From: Thermodesulfobacteriota bacterium
GTDB lineage: Bacteria > Desulfobacterota > Desulfarculia > JACQYL01
Assembly: GCA_963675595.2 (NCBI GenBank)
Contig: CAXXLZ010000002.1
Location: 4,448,001-4,512,000 of the forward strand
Length of the DNA: 64,000 nucleotides
Direction of reading: 5' to 3'
The notes below the pieces were generated by a model. It did no database searches, had not been told where the DNA came from, and worked only from the letters and a program-made list of their open reading frames with translations. Within the stretch, counting starts at the first letter, position 1; each line of letters opens with the position of its first letter. Position numbers and translations under genes: made by a program. Below are positions 59,224 to 64,000 of this stretch, piece after piece.

Positions 59224-60162
59224 ATGAAACGGATGGTTTTGGTCGTTGCGGGGATGTGCGCGTTGGTGGGAGCTTCGGCGTGGGGGGCGTTCGCCGCCCG
59301 CATGGAGAACCAAATCGTGATTCCGGTGCAGTGGGACTACTGCCTGTTTCGCATCACCGCGCCCGGAGGGGCGGACGTGACCATCGACATGGGTCTGATC
59401 GCCGAGCAGGGCGATCTCAACCTGTACCTCAAGTACGGGGCACCTCCCTATCCGGACTTTGACTACAAATCGGACAACTACGGACTGCACGACGAACAGA
59501 TCGTTCTGGAGAACCCCATGTCCGGCGTGTGGTACCTGGAGATCAACGCCCGCTATCAGGGGGAAGCGCTTTTCTATCTGGACGACGGGGATGCCGGAGT
59601 CGTGTTGGAATGGATCGGTGGGGCGTTGGACGCGGCTTTCTCCGCCTCCTCGCCCAGAGAGGGACCGGCGCCCTTGACGGTCGCCTTCAGCGGCGACGCA
59701 TCCGGAGGCGACATTCAGTCCTATTCGTGGGACTTCGGAGACGGTTCTTCCGTGGAGGGACAGGCTGAACCCACGCACACCTACACAGCGCCGGGAGTGT
59801 ACACGGTGACCCTCACCGTGAGCGACGGGGACACGGACAACGCGGAGACCAAAGCGGACTATGTCACCGTAACAGCCGCCGCTCCCGCCGACGGCGTGTG
59901 GAAGACGTCCGACAACTTGGCCTTCTTTCTTCAGAAATACGCCACAGGCTCCTGCATCGTGGTGGTGTATGGAGCCTGCCCCACGGTGTTTCTGGATGCC
60001 GACTACACGGACGGCGTGGACTGCCCGGACCTGGAAGGAGCGGGCTACCGGATGCGGTTGGACCTGACGGACGCTTCTCACGGAACCCTGACGGCCGACT
60101 TGCCGGAAGAATCCGTGAACCAACCGGCGGAACTGGTCTTCCCCACGGCGGAGACTTTTTAA
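59224..60162 (+). CDS. Secreted protein: PPC domain, PKD domain and the C-terminal domain shared with the 1373-aa protein
   Basis: Signal peptide; DLNLYLKYGAPP...DEQI.L.NP.SG.WY (PPC); YSWDFGDG...HTYTAPGVYTVTLTV (PKD); GGAGG before ATG 59224. Confidence 0.85.
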   Translation: MKRMVLVVAGMCALVGASAWGAFAARMENQIVIPVQWDYCLFRITAPGGADVTIDMGLIAEQGDLNLYLKYGAPPYPDFDYKSDNYGLHDEQIVLENPMSGVWYLEINARYQGEALFYLDDGDAGVVLEWIGGALDAAFSASSPREGPAPLTVAFSGDASGGDIQSYSWDFGDGSSVEGQAEPTHTYTAPGVYTVTLTVSDGDTDNAETKADYVTVTAAAPADGVWKTSDNLAFFLQKYATGSCIVVVYGACPTVFLDADYTDGVDCPDLEGAGYRMRLDLTDASHGTLTADLPEESVNQPAELVFPTAETF

Positions 60163-60170
60163 TTGGTTTG

Positions 60171-60540
60171 CCGGGGGAACACGGTTCCCCCGGACCCCCT
60201 TGTGTGGGCTTCGTCCCTTTCGGGACGAAGTCCCGGACTTTGGCCCTTTGTGATAATGCCTGGAGCATCCCAAGATACGTGTCTCATCATAACCACAAGT
60301 ATTGACGAATAAAATTGCAGAGCATCGGTTTAACCAACAGAATATTCTATGCGGCGGGCAACCACCGAACCCGACCGTAAGTCGGGAATCAGGTCTTTAT
60401 GATTAGACACTAACCGTTAGAAGGGAAAATAATAAATTATCAAGGAAAGTTTATTGATTCTCTATTTTATGCGGAATAATTCACGCAAATTACAAATAGT
60501 CAAAGGCCATACAGGTAGGGGCGGTTCGCGAACCGCCCCC
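60171..60540 (+). repeat. Structured AT-rich non-coding element, copy B
   Basis: About 87% identical by hand alignment to 58681-58964; starts with hairpin GGGCTTCGTCCC/GGGACGAAGTCC and ends in a GTAG REP at 60515. Confidence 0.8.
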
Positions 60541-60568
60541 CCGCAAGTGCTCAGGAGCAACGAATCTT

Positions 60569-61474
60569 TCAGCAAGTCCGATAATCGGTTAGGAACAACC
60601 CCGGAAAATGCGACGTGCATTCCATGACGTGCGTAATGGCATTGAAGTCGTATTCGTCTCCCGACCGATAGTCGGTGAAGAACGCGTTGACCCGCTTCAC
60701 CCTTTCCGGCCGGGTTCCCACGGCCTGCAATCCCAGAGACACTCCGAAGTTGGTGAAGGCGAATTTGATCTCCGTCATGCCCGGTCCGCGGCAGAAGTAG
60801 CCGGGGGGATCGATCCACAGCCGGTCCAGCATGGAAAGGGACGCCGCTCGTTGGGCTTGGGCCCACCGCTCCTCGGGAAAGAAATGGGTCATCCAGAGCA
60901 TCATTCCCAGGCCCAGGTCCTGGGCGATTTGCAGGGAAGGGTAGCTCAGGTCCGCCAATGCTTTCATTTCCCGTATTTCATGGGAGAGCGCTTTTTTATC
61001 CAATAGGCGATAGACCACGTAGCCGTGGAAGGCGTCCAGTGCGCCGAATCCGTAACCCGGATAGGGGCCGCTCAGGTCTTCGAGCATTTTCCAATGGACC
61101 CCCACGCCCGGAACCACGAATGCTGGGTGGATTTGCCGCACCAACTTCAGGGCCCGGGCGCGGTAGGCCGGAATGGTGTCGCCCAGCCGAGTCAGAGCGA
61201 AGACCCACATGCCCAGGTAGTGGAAGTACTGCCCGTCGCGATCCGGTTCTTCTCCGATGCGCACGCCGCGAGTCCGCCCCAGGACCCGATCCACCTCGGA
61301 TACGACTTCTTCGGCTTGTTTTAGGAATCGGCGGTCTTTGAGTTCCAGGTAGAGCCCGGTGAGGAGCACCACTCCGAAGGCGTCGGTCCACAGGTATCGC
61401 AGGCCGTTGGGCCAGATTCCTTGTTCCCGCATCCATTGAAGCTTGTCCAACACGAAAGGGATGTCTCTCTCCAT
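60569..61474 (-). CDS. Conserved uncharacterised protein (RYLWTDAF / DGQYFHYL family)
   Basis: GGAGG RBS before ATG 61474; motifs RYLWTDAFG, DRDGQYFHYL..W, WKM..DLS, DLGLGM, AFTNFG, AITHVM. Confidence 0.75.
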   Translation of the reverse strand: MERDIPFVLDKLQWMREQGIWPNGLRYLWTDAFGVVLLTGLYLELKDRRFLKQAEEVVSEVDRVLGRTRGVRIGEEPDRDGQYFHYLGMWVFALTRLGDTIPAYRARALKLVRQIHPAFVVPGVGVHWKMLEDLSGPYPGYGFGALDAFHGYVVYRLLDKKALSHEIREMKALADLSYPSLQIAQDLGLGMMLWMTHFFPEERWAQAQRAASLSMLDRLWIDPPGYFCRGPGMTEIKFAFTNFGVSLGLQAVGTRPERVKRVNAFFTDYRSGDEYDFNAITHVMECTSHFPGLFLTDYRTC

Positions 61475-61489
61475 GGCTATCCTCCATTC

Positions 61490-61635
61490 GGCAGGCCGCC
61501 GCAAACCGCGACCTGCGGCGTTGCACTTCATCCCTAGTCACTGCGGCGTACTCCATGTACGCCTCCTTCCTCGGGATTTGCGCGCCTTGCATGTCATCGG
61601 TTTTCGACGGCCTGCGGCAACCGGACTCTTTTCCT
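61490..61635. mobile_element. Degenerate second copy of the MITE-like element
   Basis: CGTTGCACTTCATCCCT.GTCACTGCG.CGTACTC.ATGTACG...GGATTTGCGCGCCTTGCAT matches 48297-48448. Confidence 0.75.
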
Positions 61636-61722
61636 CATCCAACCGTTGTTGCCGCTTGGGAAAGAAAGCAGGTTATTGTACGATGAAGTCCTGTATGGAG
61701 GATAGTCATTGCCGGAATCCCC

Positions 61723-63867
61723 ATGACGTCCGGCCTAGCCCGACACGTTGATGCAACGGAGCCCCCGGGAAGCGATGTGAACTCCCCTCACGACAAGGGC
61801 GTGCAAACCGCCGCGAACCGGATGAAGGAGTCCGAGAAGCCGCCGCCGAGGCCTCGGAACCGGCGGTGCCTGTTGATCTCCCTGGTCGCGGCGTCCTGGT
61901 CCCTGTTTCAACTGGCTCTGCCCGAGGTGCTGCTGCTTCAGGCGGTCACCATCCGCGCAGTGCACCTGGCATTCGCCATGGTGCTGGTCTATTTGAGCTT
62001 TCCCTATTTCACCAAGAGGAGACGAAGGGAGGATCGGGATTCTCCCGCGGGAGCCCGATCGGGGGGATGGAGGAATCTCGCGACGGCCCTGGCGGCCGGG
62101 GCGTCCTCCTTGTACCTGGCGATCTTTTATGAGGCATTGAGCGTCCGGCAGGGCTCGCCGAACCTCGCGGACATCATCGTGGGCGTTGTCCTCATTCTGC
62201 TGCTGCTGGAAGCGGCCCGCCGGTCCCTGGGACCGGCCCTTCCCGTGGTGGCCGGGCTGTTTATGCTGTACGCGTTTTTCGGCCCCTATATGCCCGACGT
62301 CATCGCGTTCAAAGGCGTGAGCTTTTCCAGGTTCATGAGCCAGCAGACCATCAGTACGGAAGGCATCTACGGAATCCCTCTGGATGTGTCGGCCAACCTG
62401 GTCTTTCTGTTCGTGTTGTTGGGCTCCATGCTGGAAAAGGCCGGCGGAGGGGAGTATTTCGTGGACCTGGCTTTCAGCCTGCTGGGAACCTTCAAAGGCG
62501 GACCGGCCAAGGCCGCGGTGCTGGCTTCCGGCGCCACGGGGCTCATTTCGGGAAGTTCCATCGCCAATGTGGTGACCACGGGCACCTTTACCATTCCCCT
62601 GATGAAATCCGTGGGCTATCCTCCCGAAAAAGCGGCGGCCGTGGAAGTGGCCGCCAGCACCAACGGTCAGCTCATGCCCCCCATCATGGGCGCCGCGGCC
62701 TTCATCATCGCGGAATACTGCAACATGCCCTACATGGAAGTGGTCAAGGCGGCGTTCGTGCCCGCCATGCTGAGCTATGCCGCGCTGTTCTACATCACCC
62801 ACCTGGAAGCGGGAAAGCTGGGCCTCAAGGGCCTGTCCAAAGAACAAACGCCCCGGTTCCTTTCCACCTTTTTGGGCGGGATTCATTTTCTGATTCCTAT
62901 TGCGGCTCTGCTCTACTTCCTGATGGTGGAGCGCCGAAGTCCCTCATTCGCCGCTTTCTGGTCCATTATGGCGCTTCTGGCCCTTATCGGGATCAAGGAA
63001 CCGTGGGCGGCCGTACGACGCGGTGAATCCTTGAGCCGGGGCCTCGGCAGGGCCGGCGTGATCATTTGGGAATCCCTGGTCGCCGGCGGACGCAACATGA
63101 TGGGCATCGGCGTGGCGGTGGCCGGGGCCGGCATCATCGTGGGCGTGGTGACCATGGGGTTGGGCGGGCTCATCACCGAGGTGGTGGACGTGATCAGCGG
63201 CGGGAACCTGTACCTTCTGCTGATCCTCACCGCGGTCGCCTGTCTGTTGTTGGGCATGGGACTGCCCACCACGGCCAACTACATCGTAATGGCCACCCTC
63301 ACCGCCGGAGTCATTGTTGAACTGGCGCCGGCCGCCGGGTTGGAGGTGCACCTGATTCAGGCGCACCTTTTTGTGTTCTTTTTCGGTATCCTGGCGGACG
63401 ACACCCCGCCGGTGGGGCTGGCCGCCTACGCGGCGAGCGCCATTGCGCGCAGCAACCCCATCGCCACCGGGGTTCAGGGATTTCTGTACGATGTCCGCAC
63501 CGCTGTTTTGCCCTTCATGTTCATCTTCAACGAGCGACTGCTGCTCATCGGCGTGGATTCCTTCGGAACCGCGGCCTGGATCTTCATGAGCGGGATCGTG
63601 GCCATGTTCGCCTTCGCCTGCGCGACGCAAGGATTCTTCATCGCCCGCAACAAACCTTGGGAAACCGTGATTTTCCTGCTGATTACCTTTATGATCCTGA
63701 GACCGTTCAGCGCGACCGGCTGGTTGGGCGCGACCGATCCTTATTCGGCGGGTTTCATGGGAATCGGCGCGGCGGATTGGGTGAAAGCGGGCGGCATCGG
63801 CTTGTACGGTCTGATGTACCTATCACAGTTGCCGCGCGCGCGCAGGGCAAGGGTCGGATCGGCTTAG
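61723..63867 (+). CDS. TRAP transporter 4TM/12TM fused permease (start may be ATG 61822)
   Basis: EGIYGIPL.VSA..VFLFVLLG, GGPAKAAV, SGSSIANVVTTGTFTIP, ASTNGQLMPPIMGAAAF, LGMGLPTTANY, TPPVGLAAYA. Confidence 0.92.
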   Translation: MTSGLARHVDATEPPGSDVNSPHDKGVQTAANRMKESEKPPPRPRNRRCLLISLVAASWSLFQLALPEVLLLQAVTIRAVHLAFAMVLVYLSFPYFTKRRRREDRDSPAGARSGGWRNLATALAAGASSLYLAIFYEALSVRQGSPNLADIIVGVVLILLLLEAARRSLGPALPVVAGLFMLYAFFGPYMPDVIAFKGVSFSRFMSQQTISTEGIYGIPLDVSANLVFLFVLLGSMLEKAGGGEYFVDLAFSLLGTFKGGPAKAAVLASGATGLISGSSIANVVTTGTFTIPLMKSVGYPPEKAAAVEVAASTNGQLMPPIMGAAAFIIAEYCNMPYMEVVKAAFVPAMLSYAALFYITHLEAGKLGLKGLSKEQTPRFLSTFLGGIHFLIPIAALLYFLMVERRSPSFAAFWSIMALLALIGIKEPWAAVRRGESLSRGLGRAGVIIWESLVAGGRNMMGIGVAVAGAGIIVGVVTMGLGGLITEVVDVISGGNLYLLLILTAVACLLLGMGLPTTANYIVMATLTAGVIVELAPAAGLEVHLIQAHLFVFFFGILADDTPPVGLAAYAASAIARSNPIATGVQGFLYDVRTAVLPFMFIFNERLLLIGVDSFGTAAWIFMSGIVAMFAFACATQGFFIARNKPWETVIFLLITFMILRPFSATGWLGATDPYSAGFMGIGAADWVKAGGIGLYGLMYLSQLPRARRARVGSA

Positions 63868-63890
63868 CGCCTCTTGGATTGAGACAGCCG

Positions 63891-63975
63891 TTCCGGGGGG
63901 CGCTTTTGGAAAAGCGCCCCCCGGACTCCCCTGAAAACTTTCGAGCGTGGCCGCACCGCCTACGGCGGAGCGCCT
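63891..63975. repeat. Palindromic repeat, family R2 (reverse orientation)
   Basis: CCGGGGGGCGCTTTTGGAAAAGCGCCCCCCGG...AAAACTTT...GGCCGCACCGC. Confidence 0.7.
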
Positions 63976-64000
63976 GCCGGGAGTGGGGAGAAGATTCGTG

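Noticed and set aside
58681-60540. Diversity-generating retroelement template/variable repeat pair
   Set aside because: Substitutions affect all four bases rather than adenines, neither copy lies in a coding 3' end, and no reverse transcriptase is present

Overview
GC-rich bacterial chromosome segment, most consistent with a Desulfobacterota (deltaproteobacterial) genome. 1-15.4 kb is housekeeping: an atypical prs, rplY, pth, hppA, carD, rluD, rho, rpmE, DUF1385, prfA, prmC, murA and comEC. 16.3-35.4 kb holds a 1373-aa secreted RCC1/cohesin/PKD surface protein behind a probable sigma54 promoter, then a Wzy-type exopolysaccharide locus (PglD/PglC/PglE-like genes, a short OPX, a Wzc kinase with an inserted DUF4388/MshEN-like module, Wzy, a secreted putative glycoside hydrolase, a CapK-like ligase and two GT4s). 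35.5-46.7 kb has a pan-type RNA leader with panCD, a TetR-regulated RND pump and an MCP. 46.7-64 kb is an accessory region dense in repeats: an IS1111-type IS110 element with a readable bridge/seekRNA region nested in a MITE inside a palindromic repeat, GTAG REPs, cassette-like genes with attC-like palindromes, hicBA, ggt and a TRAP permease. Best candidates for something undescribed: (1) a duplicated AT-rich structured non-coding element (58285-58967 and 60171-60540) showing covariation and an optional 311-nt domain; (2) a ~95-aa C-terminal domain shared by two otherwise different secreted proteins (candidate sorting/anchoring domain); (3) the signalling-module insertion in the Wzc kinase; (4) an IS110 guide RNA that appears to target the end of a MITE. 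All calls were made by eye; no searches were run.
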